A stretch of 64,000 nt of DNA from Ignavibacteriales bacterium (GCA_037441705.1 JBBIRR010000017.1:1-64000), one strand, 5' to 3'. Shown: positions 40,153-50,402, counted from the first letter of the stretch. Notes: a model not told the origin generated them from the letters alone. Made by a program: numbers and translations.

Positions 40153-41016
40153 ATGGACGTCCTGCGTCAGATAGACACCAAGAAGCATCGCCTCGCACTC
40201 TTTGTCGTTCCGGTTCTCTGGTTATTTGCTGCGGGCTGCGGCTCAACAGAAGTAGCGACGGGGCTCAGCGTGGAGGAACGATTTCAGCGCGCGAAGGTGC
40301 TGTTCGAGAACGGAGATTATCTTGAGGCGATTCAGGAATTCAACATTATCACGCTGCAGCATCCCGGCAGTGCATTAGCCGGAGAGGCGCAGTTCTACAT
40401 CGCCGAGGCACGTTTCAAGCGGAAGGAGTATTTGCTCGCGTCGTATGAGTACCAAACCTTGCGGCGCAACATGCCCGCGAGTCCACGCGTGCCCGAAGCC
40501 ATGTACAAGCTCGGGTTGTGCTACTACCATCTGTCGCCGAAATCACGGCTCGATCAGCAGTACACAAAACGCGCGATCGATGAGCTGCAGGCGTTTGTTG
40601 AGTACTACCCGAACAGTGAATTCGTGGCCGATGCCGCTGAAAAGATCAAGGAACTGAACAACCGTTTGGCCAAAAAGGATTTCGACACGGCGGAGCTGTA
40701 TGCCAAGATGGACTACTATAAGGCGGCGCTCTTCTACTACGATGCGGTGATCGAGAAATATCACGATACGGAGTACGCGCCGCTTGCCTATCTTGCAAAG
40801 ACGGAGCTGCTGATTTCCCGAAAGAAATATGCGGAAGCCAAAAGCGAAATCACCAAGTTCATTGATAAGTATCCCAACAGCGTCCTCCGTGCCCGCGCCG
40901 ATGCCTTGAGCCGGCAGATTGACGAAGGGCTGAAGAGTGAACCTGCCGCTCGAGGAAACCCATCCGGCAGCAACAAGACACTCCCCGGTGAAGCAAACCT
41001 CATCCAATCGAAATGA
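40153..41016 (+). CDS. bamD: outer membrane protein assembly factor BamD
   Basis: Lipobox AAGC, YfiO-type TPRs, LSPKSRLDQQYT..AI, YYPNS, LAKK. Confidence 0.9.
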   Translation: MDVLRQIDTKKHRLALFVVPVLWLFAAGCGSTEVATGLSVEERFQRAKVLFENGDYLEAIQEFNIITLQHPGSALAGEAQFYIAEARFKRKEYLLASYEYQTLRRNMPASPRVPEAMYKLGLCYYHLSPKSRLDQQYTKRAIDELQAFVEYYPNSEFVADAAEKIKELNNRLAKKDFDTAELYAKMDYYKAALFYYDAVIEKYHDTEYAPLAYLAKTELLISRKKYAEAKSEITKFIDKYPNSVLRARADALSRQIDEGLKSEPAARGNPSGSNKTLPGEANLIQSK

Positions 41017-41489
41017 TGGAGCCGCGACGCGTTCGGGATTCACAAGTCTACACGACGGAGCTGGTTTTGCCCAACGATACCAATCAGTTGGGCAATTTGC
41101 TGGGCGGCCGGCTGATGCATTGGATTGACATCACCGCTGCGATTGCGGCGTACCGCCACTCGGGCCGCGTGTGTGTCACTGCCTCCGTGGATGAACTGAA
41201 CTTCCACGATCCGATTCGGTTGGGTGAGATCGTCGTGCTTCAAGCATCGGTCAATCGAGCGTTTACGACGTCGATGGAGGTGGGTGTGCTGGTAACGGCG
41301 CACAATACCCGCAGAGGCGGCGAGCCGCGTCGGGCAAACAATGCGTACCTCACCTTTGTAGCAATTGATGAAGCCGGGAAGCCCGTTCCGGTTCCTCCCA
41401 TCCTTCCCGAAACCGACGAAGAGAAACGGCGTTACGAAGAAGCACTCGTGCGAAGACAGCTCCGTCTGGCGCACAGGCAAAAAGGGTAG
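41013..41489 (+). CDS. acyl-CoA thioesterase (hotdog fold, YciA-like)
   Basis: LPNDTN.LGNLLGG.LMHWID, VTASVD, TSMEVGV, TFVAID. Confidence 0.93.
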   Translation: MMEPRRVRDSQVYTTELVLPNDTNQLGNLLGGRLMHWIDITAAIAAYRHSGRVCVTASVDELNFHDPIRLGEIVVLQASVNRAFTTSMEVGVLVTAHNTRRGGEPRRANNAYLTFVAIDEAGKPVPVPPILPETDEEKRRYEEALVRRQLRLAHRQKG

Positions 41490-41495
41490 GCTCAG

Positions 41496-43727
41496 GTGCG
41501 CAGTCCAATCAACATCGAGTCTGCCGAACAGCTTCTCTCTTTCACGCGCAGGCAGTTTGCGCTGAGTTTGTTTTATGTACAGCTTCTCTGTTCGCCGAGC
41601 GTGTTTGCGCAGCGCACGCACACGGGTTTTGGATTCTTTTCCGATCGTCAACTCGATTTCCGCCCTAACGGTTTCGGGCTTGGTCCCCCCGAGTCGGGAA
41701 CGACGGAGGTTGCGGTGGCAGCGGCCGACCGGCCGGCGATTCATCTGTTTGAAGTGGGCGGGCCACAACGCATCAGGCATATCTCCACGATCTCCTCTGC
41801 CACCCGCTTTCGGTACGTCGCGGCTGTAGACGTGAATCGGAATAAACGAACTGACTATGTTGCTCTTGCGGAGGACGGATGGTCGCTTTCCGTGTTCACG
41901 CGATCGGCAAAAGGTGCGTGGAAGGAATCGACAATCCCGCTGGCTGCTCCCGCGGAGCGATTGGTGATCGCCGATCTCAACAACGATCGCCGGAGCGACA
42001 TCCTGCTGTTCGGGCGTGCTGCCGGCGGTGTCTCGACGCTTCTCGGACGAGCGTCGGGAACGTTGAAAGCAGGCCCTATTCTGTTCCCCGAGATTTCGAT
42101 CAGCGATCTCACCATCACCGATATCAATGGCGACGGTGTTCCAGATCTTCTGCTGCTCAACTGGCTTTCGAGTCAACTCACCGTTTACTATGGCATCAGC
42201 CACATGGTGTATACCGAGCAGGTTGCAGTTCAACTCGACGCCGACCCTGCTGAACTTGCCATTACGCCGGTGAGTGAGGAGCGGACATTTCTTCTTGCAA
42301 TTACCTGTCCTGAGCAACAAAAGGTTGTTGTGTATTCCGGCAACGCGCTCGGCGACTATCGTCTCACGGCGACGCTTCCGATCGGCGGGAAGCCGCGCGG
42401 GATTCAGTTTGCCGACGTTGATGCCGATGGCGAGGCCGATCTCGTCACAGGCTCACCTCTTGGGATTCTTGTCTCCTTCGGTACGCCCGCCGCGTTCAGC
42501 AAGCCGATCGTCTTCGGCAGCGCACGATCGGTCGCCATGTGGCGTGTAGCAGACGTGGACCGTGATGGGAAGGAGGATTGTGTGTTTGTTGACAGCAGCG
42601 CGCAACGTTTTGCAGTCCTGGTGAATGCCGAAAGCGACGGCAAACTTGCCCGTTCGATCGGGTCCGAGCCCACGGTTGAGTATGCTGTCGGCGCATCACC
42701 GCACGGGCTCGTGGCGGCAGACCTGAACGGCGATGGAAGAAATGACGTGGCTGTAGCGAACGCGGAATCGTCGTCGCTTTCCCTGTTGCTGAACAAAGGA
42801 CGCGGCAGACTTTCCGGTCAGATCGCTGTGCCAGTAAGTGAAAGGCCCTACCATCTCCGATTTGTTTTATCAGGAAAAGGGGAAAAGACACTTGTGGCTT
42901 CGCATCTTCGTGACGACCTCGTCAGCGTCGCCGTGCTGGGCAACGAACCGGAAGAATGGGCGCCGCTGTCCGTCCCGACGGGGCATGAACCGTTTGTCGT
43001 TCACGCAGCCGAGGACTCTGCCCGTTTGAAGTTTATCATTCGCTACAGGGCGCAGCGCAATCATGCATACCTCTTTTCACTCTTTGAGCAAGTGGCACAA
43101 GGGACGTTCATCGAACAGACGCTGCGCGCGACATCGCCAACGCCGATTTATGCACTTACGGTTGGTCCGGGCGGCAACATCGGCTCCTACGATTTCGTGT
43201 ACGCAACCCATAACAGGAGCACCAGGCAAACGATGCTATGGCATACGATGTCATCGGCAGGCATCAATTTCCCTCCGCCGACCGAGTTGTTTTCGTTCGC
43301 CGATTCGACTGCGAGCACGCGCATGGTTTTGCACAACTATGTGAATGATGATGCACGCAAGGATGTTGTCGTGGTTCTGGGTCCTCCCGAGAACAGACTG
43401 GGTATCTGGTACAATACGCCGGACGCAGGCGAATCTCTTGAATGGATTCGCAACGTGCAGCCGGTGGATGAGGATGCGATTGTGATTAAGGACGCCAACG
43501 GAGATGAGCAAGCGGATCTCATATGGATTGACGAGATACGCAAAGCGGTTCTTGTCCTCGACGGGTCGGAACGCCCGGGGCTGCGCCGGCCGGTTGAGCT
43601 TGTCCCGGCCGAAGGCGCTCGATCGCTGCGCGTGGCCAGTATGCGTGAGGTGGGTGTGAATGACTTGATTCTTTCGTATCCCGAGCGAGGAACCGTCTCC
43701 GTCATCATGAATCCGTTCCGACGATAG
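41496..43727 (+). CDS. FG-GAP/VCBS repeat protein
   Basis: Repeated D[LIV]NxDxxxD motifs (DVNRNKRTD, DLNNDRRSD, DINGDGVPD, DVDADGEAD, DVDRDGKED, DLNGDGRND, DANGDEQAD). Confidence 0.85.
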   Translation: MRSPINIESAEQLLSFTRRQFALSLFYVQLLCSPSVFAQRTHTGFGFFSDRQLDFRPNGFGLGPPESGTTEVAVAAADRPAIHLFEVGGPQRIRHISTISSATRFRYVAAVDVNRNKRTDYVALAEDGWSLSVFTRSAKGAWKESTIPLAAPAERLVIADLNNDRRSDILLFGRAAGGVSTLLGRASGTLKAGPILFPEISISDLTITDINGDGVPDLLLLNWLSSQLTVYYGISHMVYTEQVAVQLDADPAELAITPVSEERTFLLAITCPEQQKVVVYSGNALGDYRLTATLPIGGKPRGIQFADVDADGEADLVTGSPLGILVSFGTPAAFSKPIVFGSARSVAMWRVADVDRDGKEDCVFVDSSAQRFAVLVNAESDGKLARSIGSEPTVEYAVGASPHGLVAADLNGDGRNDVAVANAESSSLSLLLNKGRGRLSGQIAVPVSERPYHLRFVLSGKGEKTLVASHLRDDLVSVAVLGNEPEEWAPLSVPTGHEPFVVHAAEDSARLKFIIRYRAQRNHAYLFSLFEQVAQGTFIEQTLRATSPTPIYALTVGPGGNIGSYDFVYATHNRSTRQTMLWHTMSSAGINFPPPTELFSFADSTASTRMVLHNYVNDDARKDVVVVLGPPENRLGIWYNTPDAGESLEWIRNVQPVDEDAIVIKDANGDEQADLIWIDEIRKAVLVLDGSERPGLRRPVELVPAEGARSLRVASMREVGVNDLILSYPERGTVSVIMNPFRR

Positions 43728-43736
43728 GAGAACGAC

Positions 43737-45443
43737 ATGGGCGTGAAGCACATAGTGTTTCTGCTGCTCGCGTACGCTCTCGGTGCGCTGCCGGCGCTTG
43801 GACAGTTGCGCAATGCCTATCGGGCCGGTGTCTCATCGGCGGCAGATGCGCATCACGCACTCACGCGATTCTGGCTCGGCGAATCGGCCGACGATGTGCA
43901 GAACAAATGCAGCTTCCCGGCAGTAACGCATGCGCTTCGCCACCGCCATGAACTGGACGGCCCAACGATCTCAGCGCTCCAGCGTGTGCTATCGCGTCCG
44001 GTGACGGAGAAGAGCGTACGTTCGGGCATGTTTCGCATTCACTACGATACGACCGGAGTACACGCCCCGGCCATGCTGGATTCTCAGTATTTCAGAATAC
44101 CGGGCACGGCAGACCAATTCGCTGATTCGGTTGCGGCAATCCTCGCGTACGTGATACGAATCGAAACTGACTCGATGGGATATCTCCCGCCACCTCCCGA
44201 CAATGGTGAGGGCGGAGGCACCGAGTACGACATCTACCTTCAGGAGCTTGGCGGCTCGTCATACGGCAGTACAACTCCCGAAACGCCGATCATCAGCAAG
44301 CCGGAAGGAGGGACGTTCACCTCCTTCATGATCATTGACAACGACTTTGACTTCGTCTATCCTCAGCACAACAGGGGCATGCCCGCCTTGCGTGTTACGA
44401 TCGCGCATGAGCTGCACCATGCTATTCAGATCGGCAACTACGGATACTGGCAAGGGGACATCCACTTCTACGAAATGACCTCTGTGTGGCTCGAGGACGC
44501 ACTCTACACCGACGTCAATGATTACTACCAGTACTTGCTCGGCTCATCGATGAATCCGGGTCATTTCCGGCGTCCGGACATCACATTTACCTCGAATGCG
44601 TTCATCATGTACAGCAGAGGGGTGTGGTGCATTTTCCTGGCAAAGCGATATGGGCGGGACGTAATTCGTGCGACCTGGGAGCAAATCCGGAATGCTCGTC
44701 CGCTCACAGCCATGGACGAGGCACTTGCCCAGGAGCCCTACAACTCGAGCCTTCGCAGCGCCTTTGCCGAATGGGGCGCGTGGAATTACTTCACAAGAAC
44801 GCGAAGCGATTCCGTTCTGTACTACCCCGAGGGGAGCGCCTACCCTGACGTTACCCGTTCTGCACGAGACTTCTCACCTCCTCAACGGACGATCGACGAT
44901 CAGGTGAGCGCCTTCGGCTCTCGGTACTACGATATTGTGTCAACGCGCGGGCAAACACTCGCGCTGGTCCTCACCAACCTGAATATGCCTGCAGCGCTTG
45001 CGCGGAACGATTCTCCATTTTCGTTTTCTTTACTGCTGAACGAAATGCGCCCCGATGAATCGTATGTTCCGACGGCAGCCAACATTTTCGTGAAGGTGAG
45101 TGTAAGCGATCCGACCAACTGGTTCGTGAAGGATCTGTCCGGTTTTTCCGCCGTCGAAAGTGTCTTTCCGAACCCATTTCTTGTTGATGGTAAAGGATTC
45201 ATCAATTTTCCTGTCGCTGCACTCTCACCGGTGGCCGGAACGCTCTCCATCTATACGTCGAGTTTTGATCTGGCGTACTCAGGCAAGCAGACATCCGTGT
45301 ATATGCCGCAGCTTGGCAGGCACGTGTTTCGGTGGAACGGAAAGACGTTAGACAATCGTACGGCGAATTCGGGCGTGTACATCTACGTTCTCGAAACCCC
45401 GACACAAACTCTCAAAGGCAAATTTGTTGTGGTGAAACGATGA
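43737..45443 (+). CDS. secreted zinc metalloprotease (MXAN_6640-like) with T9SS C-terminal sorting domain
   Basis: Signal peptide, FRIHYD, AHELHHAIQ (HExxH), EMTSVWLED; C-terminal VFPNPF...WNGK...SGVYIY...KFVVVKR. Confidence 0.82.
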   Translation: MGVKHIVFLLLAYALGALPALGQLRNAYRAGVSSAADAHHALTRFWLGESADDVQNKCSFPAVTHALRHRHELDGPTISALQRVLSRPVTEKSVRSGMFRIHYDTTGVHAPAMLDSQYFRIPGTADQFADSVAAILAYVIRIETDSMGYLPPPPDNGEGGGTEYDIYLQELGGSSYGSTTPETPIISKPEGGTFTSFMIIDNDFDFVYPQHNRGMPALRVTIAHELHHAIQIGNYGYWQGDIHFYEMTSVWLEDALYTDVNDYYQYLLGSSMNPGHFRRPDITFTSNAFIMYSRGVWCIFLAKRYGRDVIRATWEQIRNARPLTAMDEALAQEPYNSSLRSAFAEWGAWNYFTRTRSDSVLYYPEGSAYPDVTRSARDFSPPQRTIDDQVSAFGSRYYDIVSTRGQTLALVLTNLNMPAALARNDSPFSFSLLLNEMRPDESYVPTAANIFVKVSVSDPTNWFVKDLSGFSAVESVFPNPFLVDGKGFINFPVAALSPVAGTLSIYTSSFDLAYSGKQTSVYMPQLGRHVFRWNGKTLDNRTANSGVYIYVLETPTQTLKGKFVVVKR

Positions 45444-46063
45444 GCCTGCTTCTGGAGGCACACGGGCTGAAGAAAGTTTTCAACCGCCGGGTCATCTTTC
45501 AGAACATCTCGTTCACCATACAGGAACGCCAGACGCTACTGGTCACAGGGCGCAACGGTTCCGGCAAGTCCACATTGGTGAAGATTCTCGGTGATGTACT
45601 TTCGCCGACGGAGGGGACGGTCGTACTCAAGCAGGCGTCCGATGCGAATGTGGGTAAACGTGTGGATTGGATCGGCCTGGTCTCCCCGTACTTGCAGTTG
45701 TACGATGAATTTTCCGCCGAGGAGAATCTGCAGCTTGCCTGTGCCATGCGCGGACTCCGTTGGCATGCTGACGACATTCACGCGCTGCTGAAGAAAGTGT
45801 TTTTGTACGAGAGGCGAAACGATGCCGTCCGTACATTTTCTTCGGGCATGAAGCAGCGAATGAAATATGCCTTTGCCCTCGTGCACCGTCCTCCGATTCT
45901 CATCCTTGATGAACCGACATCGAATCTGGACACGGAAGGAATTCAGATGGTGAAGGACATCATGCGTGAGCACCAGGAGCAGGGGATTCTTATCGTCGCG
46001 ACGAACGATCTGACCGACGTCGAAAGATATGACCTTCAGGTGGATCTTGATGCCCCGCACTGA
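45440..46063 (+). CDS. ccmA: heme ABC exporter ATP-binding protein CcmA
   Basis: GRNGSGKST, FSSGMKQR, LILDEP; upstream of ccmBC; ATGA overlap. Confidence 0.9.
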   Translation: MSLLLEAHGLKKVFNRRVIFQNISFTIQERQTLLVTGRNGSGKSTLVKILGDVLSPTEGTVVLKQASDANVGKRVDWIGLVSPYLQLYDEFSAEENLQLACAMRGLRWHADDIHALLKKVFLYERRNDAVRTFSSGMKQRMKYAFALVHRPPILILDEPTSNLDTEGIQMVKDIMREHQEQGILIVATNDLTDVERYDLQVDLDAPH

Positions 46064-46745
46064 CTCACCGACGCGCCGCTGGATACGTTCTGCCGTCAGC
46101 ATCTTCAAGAAGGATTGGCACTCGGAGCTGCGTACGCGCTACGCCATCAGCGCGCTCGTCATGTTTGTTGTCACGACGATCTCGATCATGGTCTTTGCGC
46201 TCGGCAGCGAAAGCGCGCCGGCCGATGTTCTCTCCGGCATGCTCTGGGTCGTCATCTTCTTTGCGGCTATGTCGGGACTTTCGCGAACGTTCGTGACCGA
46301 GGAAGAGCGCGGCACGGCAATGACGTTGCAGCTTCTCGCCACCCCGGGCGCAGTCTTCTGCGGGAAGCTTCTGTTCAACCTTGTTCTGGTCGTGGGGGTG
46401 AATGCCTTCACGGTTCTCCTCTACACGGTCTTCCTCAGTGGCTTCGTCATCAAAACGTTCAGCATCTTCTTCTTTACGATTCTCTTAGGAAGCATCGGCC
46501 TTGCGGCCTCTTCGACGATTATCGCGGGAATCATCGCCAAAGCTAACACGAAAGGGACGCTCTACCCCGTCCTCTCGTTTCCTATTCTCCTGCCCCTGCT
46601 ACTGACGTGCATCAACGGCACGCGGCTGGCAGCGGAAGGCGCGTTCATCGAGGAGGCCGTTGGTGAATTTCAATTCTTAGTTTCATATATTGTCGTCGTT
46701 ATTACGGCATCGACTGTGCTGTTCGAGTACATCTGGAAGGATTAG
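46050..46745 (+). CDS. ccmB: heme exporter protein CcmB
   Basis: KD..SELRT, EEERGT, LSFPILLP, six TM helices. Confidence 0.9.
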   Translation: MPRTDSPTRRWIRSAVSIFKKDWHSELRTRYAISALVMFVVTTISIMVFALGSESAPADVLSGMLWVVIFFAAMSGLSRTFVTEEERGTAMTLQLLATPGAVFCGKLLFNLVLVVGVNAFTVLLYTVFLSGFVIKTFSIFFFTILLGSIGLAASSTIIAGIIAKANTKGTLYPVLSFPILLPLLLTCINGTRLAAEGAFIEEAVGEFQFLVSYIVVVITASTVLFEYIWKD

Positions 46746-46746
46746 G

Positions 46747-47421
46747 ATGTTCAAAGCGTTGTTGTTTGCGTGGATGACGGCGGTGATTGTGCTTGCCTTA
46801 GGTTTGCCGATGGTGGCGCAACCGCAGGTATGGTATCAGTTTCCGACGATCCCGGCGCTGGAGGAAAAAGCGCGCATCATGTTCTTCCACGTTCCCACCG
46901 CGTGGCTGAGCACGCTGGCGTTCATCATGAGCATGGTCTATGGCATTCAGTATCTCCGGAAAAAGAATCTCGAGGACGACATCAAGTCCGCTGCGGCAGC
47001 AGGTCTCGGGTTCCTGTTTTGCTTTCTTGCCACCGCAACCGGTGCAATCTGGGCGAAGTTTAGCTGGGGCACGTACTGGAATTGGGACCCGCGCCAAACA
47101 TCCATCTTCGTCCTGCTCCTGATCTACGGCGCGTACTTTGCGCTGCGTTCTGCAGTCGAGGTAGAAGAGAAGCGGGCGACGCTCGCTGCAGTGTATTCCA
47201 TCATCGCCGCGGTCACCATGCCGTTCTTCATGTTCATCATGCCGCGCATTCTTGCAAGCCTGCATCCCGAACCGATCCTGAATACCGAAGGAAAACTGCA
47301 TATGAACACGACGATGCTCGTAGTGTTTCTCAGCTCGCTTGCAGGCTTTACGGGACTGTACTACTGGATGTGGAAACTCCAGGTCAAAGCCAACATCCTG
47401 GAACTCAACCGCCATAGCTAA
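46747..47421 (+). CDS. ccmC: heme exporter protein CcmC
   Basis: FFHVP, WWD domain TGAIWAKFSWGTYWNWDPRQT, SLHP. Confidence 0.93.
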   Translation: MFKALLFAWMTAVIVLALGLPMVAQPQVWYQFPTIPALEEKARIMFFHVPTAWLSTLAFIMSMVYGIQYLRKKNLEDDIKSAAAAGLGFLFCFLATATGAIWAKFSWGTYWNWDPRQTSIFVLLLIYGAYFALRSAVEVEEKRATLAAVYSIIAAVTMPFFMFIMPRILASLHPEPILNTEGKLHMNTTMLVVFLSSLAGFTGLYYWMWKLQVKANILELNRHS

Positions 47422-47430
47422 GGAGTGAAG

Positions 47431-47565
47431 GTGACAGAATTTCTTTCGCAAAACTCGCTGTACATTGTGCTGTTTGTTGTCCTCGTCGTTTGGGTCGGCG
47501 TGTTTGCCTATTTGAATCGGATTGACAGCAAGATCAAGAAATGGGAGAATTCATCGAAGCATTGA
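47431..47565 (+). CDS. ccmD: CcmD family small membrane protein (44 aa)
   Basis: Not in the ORF track. GTG start with AGGAG SD; MTEFLSQNSLYIVLFVVLVVWVGVFAYLNRIDSKIKKWENSSKH; lies between ccmC and ccmE. Confidence 0.85.
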   Translation: MTEFLSQNSLYIVLFVVLVVWVGVFAYLNRIDSKIKKWENSSKH

Positions 47566-47575
47566 GGGAGGGACT

Positions 47576-47971
47576 ATGAAACCAAAAGTTATTATCGCTG
47601 CAGTGATCGTCATTGGCTTCATCATCTTTGGGTCGTATTCGTTCCTGGAGAGTAACGTCGAGTACACCGACGTAACGGGCGCGATGAAAACCCACAAGAA
47701 GGTTCAACTCAAGGGGGAGTGGGTGAAAGAGAAGGAATCGTCCTTCGATCCCAAAACGTCAACCTTCACGTTCTACCTGAAAGATGAATCGGGTCGTGAG
47801 TGCAAAGTGGTATTGGACGGCGCGGCGCCGAATAACTTCGAGTTAGCGACCAGTATTGTCGCCAAGGGGCGTTATGTTCCGGAGCAGGGATACTTCCACG
47901 CTACTGAAGTTTTGACGAAGTGCCCCTCGAAGTACGAGGCGCAGTCAGAAGAAGTGAAGAAGAGCACATAA
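47576..47971 (+). CDS. ccmE: cytochrome c maturation heme chaperone CcmE (CxxxY variant)
   Basis: N-terminal TM anchor, FHATEVLTKCPSKY. GGAGG SD. Confidence 0.93.
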   Translation: MKPKVIIAAVIVIGFIIFGSYSFLESNVEYTDVTGAMKTHKKVQLKGEWVKEKESSFDPKTSTFTFYLKDESGRECKVVLDGAAPNNFELATSIVAKGRYVPEQGYFHATEVLTKCPSKYEAQSEEVKKST

Positions 47972-48110
47972 GTAGCGAATCGCTGCTCATCTCCTGTCAA
48001 GAAGGGAAAGGAGAAGCAGTATTGTCTGACTGAGGTTGAGTGCAATCGTCTTTTTTCACAACCCGTTTGAGTTGTTCGGTCTGTTCTTTTCATAACTGTT
48101 AAGGTGTCTC

Positions 48111-50381
48111 ATGCTTGGCGGCTTGTTGGTGAAGGTAGCCTTTCTGACGTGTTTGATTTCCGTTCTTGCGTTCTTCGAGACGCATCGAGTCCCCAACGTA
48201 CGTACACTGAAAATCGGTAGAGTTTTCTTTCACGCGACCGTCGTCCTCGTTCTCCTCTTTTCCGCTGTTCAGCTCTACAACATTCTCACCCATCAATTTC
48301 AATATTCCTATGTCTGGAGTTATAGTTCGAGAGATCTACCGCTCCCGTTGTTGATCTCGACGTTCTACGCCGGGCAAGAAGGAAGCTTCATGCTGTGGGC
48401 GTTGTACACGGCGCTCATCGGTGTGTTCCTGATGCAATATTCATCGCGCAAGGGTTACGAGCCTCAGGTGATGAGTGTGTACGGAACAATTCAGCTTGCG
48501 CTTCTGCTGATGATGATTGTGAAGAATCCGTTTGCCTACGTGTGGGAAACCTGGCCCGACGTTGCCGTTGGAACGATTCCACGAGATGGGCGAGGATTGA
48601 ACCCATTGCTCCAAAACTACTGGATGGTAATTCATCCACAGGTGCTCTTTAGTGGCTTCGCCGCGATGGGCGTTCCCTATTCGTATGCTGTAGCCGCGCT
48701 GATGAAACGGGACTACAATAATTGGATCCGTCCGGCGACGCCATGGATTGTGTACGGCGCCACGGTGCTCGGCCTCGGCATTATGCTGGGGGGATTCTGG
48801 GCGTACGAAACGTTAGGATGGGGTGGGTACTGGGGATGGGACCCCGTCGAGAATTCTTCGTTAGTACCCTGGCTGTTCGCGGTCGGAACGATTCACACCA
48901 TTCTCACGCAGCGCAAGAGCGGCGCCTTCGTCCGGACGAACCTTGTGATGGCCATGCTGTGCTTCATCACGGTGTTGTACTCGACGTTCTTGACGCGCAG
49001 CGGCGTCCTCGGCGAAACATCCGTTCATTCCTTCGTTGATCCGGGCATGTGGGTGTACTGGCTGCTCATCGGCATCATTGTCCTTTTTGTCGGGCTGGGT
49101 GCAGGATTGATTGTCAGCCGATGGAAGGAGATGCCGAGAATTCCGCCGCAGCATTCCTATCTTTCACGCGAGTTCGCTCTCTTCCTCGGTGCATCTGCAC
49201 TCGTGTGCGCCGCCGTTTTCATTACGGTCGGCACGTCGTCGCCGATCATCACACAGATCCTTCAGGGCAAAACAACTGCCGTTGATATATCCTACTACGT
49301 CACAACGACGCTGCCTCTGGGCATCGCTATTGGCATCCTTGCGGGCATCGGGCAGCTTCTGTGGTGGACACGTTCGGACAAGAAGGGAATGATGAGAGTG
49401 CTCGCGCTTCCGGCAGGCGTTGCACTGGCGGCCGCACTCGCGATCGTTGTCGGCTCGGGGCTGTATGATGCGGCCGTGGCGTTGTTTCTCTTCGGTGCGG
49501 TGTTTGCGCTTGTGGCCAATCTCCAGGTCGGCTGGCGCATCGTGAAAGGAAATCCCAAGTACGCAGGCGGTTCCATCGCGCATGTTGGCCTGGCGGTGAT
49601 GTTCTTGGGATTCGTTGGATCATCCACGTATGATGATAAGCAAACACTCTCTCTGGCCAGAGGAAGAACCGTCGAAGCTCTCGGATGCAAACTCACCTAC
49701 ACAGGCTATAAGCAAATCGATCCGGTGCAGGAGAAGTTCGCGTTCGAGGTGAACGTCGAGCGCGAGGGGAAGCGGTATGTCGTGGCGCCGATCATGTACT
49801 ACAGCGAGTACAACAAGGGCCTGATGCGTAATCCGGATATTGCAAATTGGGTGACGAAGGATTTTTATCTGGCGCCGCTTTCGCTGGAACAAGCTGAGGC
49901 GACAAAAACGCTGACCCTGCGGAAGGGGGAGACACAGAAGCTGGGCGATCTGGAAATAACGTTTGTTGATTTTGATTTTCCAGTGGATCAGAAGGCAGCG
50001 ATGGTGGAAGGGCGAGAGGTGAAAATCGGCGCCGAACTTCTGGTGAAAGAGTACGGAAAGAAACCCGTCCGACTCGTACCGGCAAAAGTGATCAACCAGG
50101 GGAACGCAGAGGATCTGCCCGCGGTCTTTGCCGACACCTACCAGTTCACGATTGTCAATATGCAGCCCGATCGTGAGAACAAGGAAAATTCGCATGTTGA
50201 GATAGGGTATAAAAATGTAAAAGCGGCGTCATCAGCGGAGGGGGATGTGCTTGTCGTTGAAGCGAGCGTCAAGCCCTATATCAATCTCGTCTGGTCGGGT
50301 GTGATTATTCTGATGGTCGGTTTTGGCGTGACGATTGTTCGCCGCGCGCAGGAGGCGCGGGTAAGGCAGCAAAATGCTTAG
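48111..50381 (+). CDS. ccmF: cytochrome c heme lyase CcmF
   Basis: GQEGS, GLNPLLQNYWM.IHP, WAYETLGWGGYWGWDPVENSS, FLTRSG, SVHSF, KPYINLVW.G. Confidence 0.96.
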   Translation: MLGGLLVKVAFLTCLISVLAFFETHRVPNVRTLKIGRVFFHATVVLVLLFSAVQLYNILTHQFQYSYVWSYSSRDLPLPLLISTFYAGQEGSFMLWALYTALIGVFLMQYSSRKGYEPQVMSVYGTIQLALLLMMIVKNPFAYVWETWPDVAVGTIPRDGRGLNPLLQNYWMVIHPQVLFSGFAAMGVPYSYAVAALMKRDYNNWIRPATPWIVYGATVLGLGIMLGGFWAYETLGWGGYWGWDPVENSSLVPWLFAVGTIHTILTQRKSGAFVRTNLVMAMLCFITVLYSTFLTRSGVLGETSVHSFVDPGMWVYWLLIGIIVLFVGLGAGLIVSRWKEMPRIPPQHSYLSREFALFLGASALVCAAVFITVGTSSPIITQILQGKTTAVDISYYVTTTLPLGIAIGILAGIGQLLWWTRSDKKGMMRVLALPAGVALAAALAIVVGSGLYDAAVALFLFGAVFALVANLQVGWRIVKGNPKYAGGSIAHVGLAVMFLGFVGSSTYDDKQTLSLARGRTVEALGCKLTYTGYKQIDPVQEKFAFEVNVEREGKRYVVAPIMYYSEYNKGLMRNPDIANWVTKDFYLAPLSLEQAEATKTLTLRKGETQKLGDLEITFVDFDFPVDQKAAMVEGREVKIGAELLVKEYGKKPVRLVPAKVINQGNAEDLPAVFADTYQFTIVNMQPDRENKENSHVEIGYKNVKAASSAEGDVLVVEASVKPYINLVWSGVIILMVGFGVTIVRRAQEARVRQQNA

Positions 50382-50402
50382 TCTGTCGTGATACCCATCG
50401 GC

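Noticed and set aside
47975-48105. Imperfect hairpins between ccmE and ccmF, and similar ones at 30240-30300, as riboswitch or sRNA
   Set aside because: Weak pairing and no recognisable riboswitch consensus; at most mRNA stability elements.
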